6,016 nt of DNA from Halalkalibacterium halodurans (GTDB taxonomy: Bacteria; Bacillota; Bacilli; Bacillales; Bacillaceae_D): NCBI RefSeq assembly GCF_004376175.1, contig NZ_SNUY01000097.1:3526-9541 (forward strand), in the 5' to 3' direction. How positions within the stretch are numbered: the stretch's first letter is position 1; each line of letters opens with the position of its first letter. The notes below the pieces were generated by a model. The model was not told the origin of the DNA. It saw only the letters and a list, made by a program, of their open reading frames with translations, and ran no database searches. The position numbers and the translations under genes were made by a program. Below, one piece after another: positions 6,015 to 6,016 of this stretch.

Positions 6015-6016
6015 TA

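Noticed and set aside
1-6016. CRISPR arrays, tRNA or rRNA genes, and defence or toxin-antitoxin modules
   Set aside because: There are no regularly spaced direct repeats, no cloverleaf-like or rRNA-like segments, and no ORFs with nuclease, ATPase or toxin signatures. Every long ORF is accounted for by the transposase, CopA, CopZ or the lipoprotein.

Overview
This window looks like a low-GC Firmicutes (Bacillales-style) copper-efflux locus next to a decayed insertion sequence. On the + strand, 38-1152 holds an IS4-family DDE transposase broken into three pieces by one frameshift and one in-frame TGA. The rest is a minus-strand operon. It starts with a sigma-A-type promoter overlapping a CsoR-like operator (5721-5749). 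Then come copZ (5466-5672), an unusually long 212-bp spacer, a P1B-1 Cu(I) ATPase copA (2791-5253) and a 440-aa lipoprotein gene (1410-2732). A strong bidirectional hairpin terminator (1374-1403) closes the operon. I see no tRNA or rRNA genes, no CRISPR array, and no recognisable defence or toxin-antitoxin genes. The best candidate for something undescribed is the lipoprotein. It is very acidic, carries a His/Met/Asp-rich tether built from short in-frame repeats, and has three modules resembling cell-wall-binding repeat 2, with no catalytic domain. It appears to be co-transcribed with copA, so it may be a wall-associated extracytoplasmic copper-handling partner. A second point of interest is the copZ-copA spacer, which contains a hairpin, a perfect TGTGA-N6-TCACA palindrome (Crp/Fnr or Rex type) and an extended -10 element. 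This suggests a redox-linked internal promoter. The region 5760-6016 is AT-rich and ambiguous: it may hold a small hydrophobic ORF, several palindromes and possible divergent promoter signals. All family assignments come from motif recognition by eye and need HMM or BLAST confirmation.
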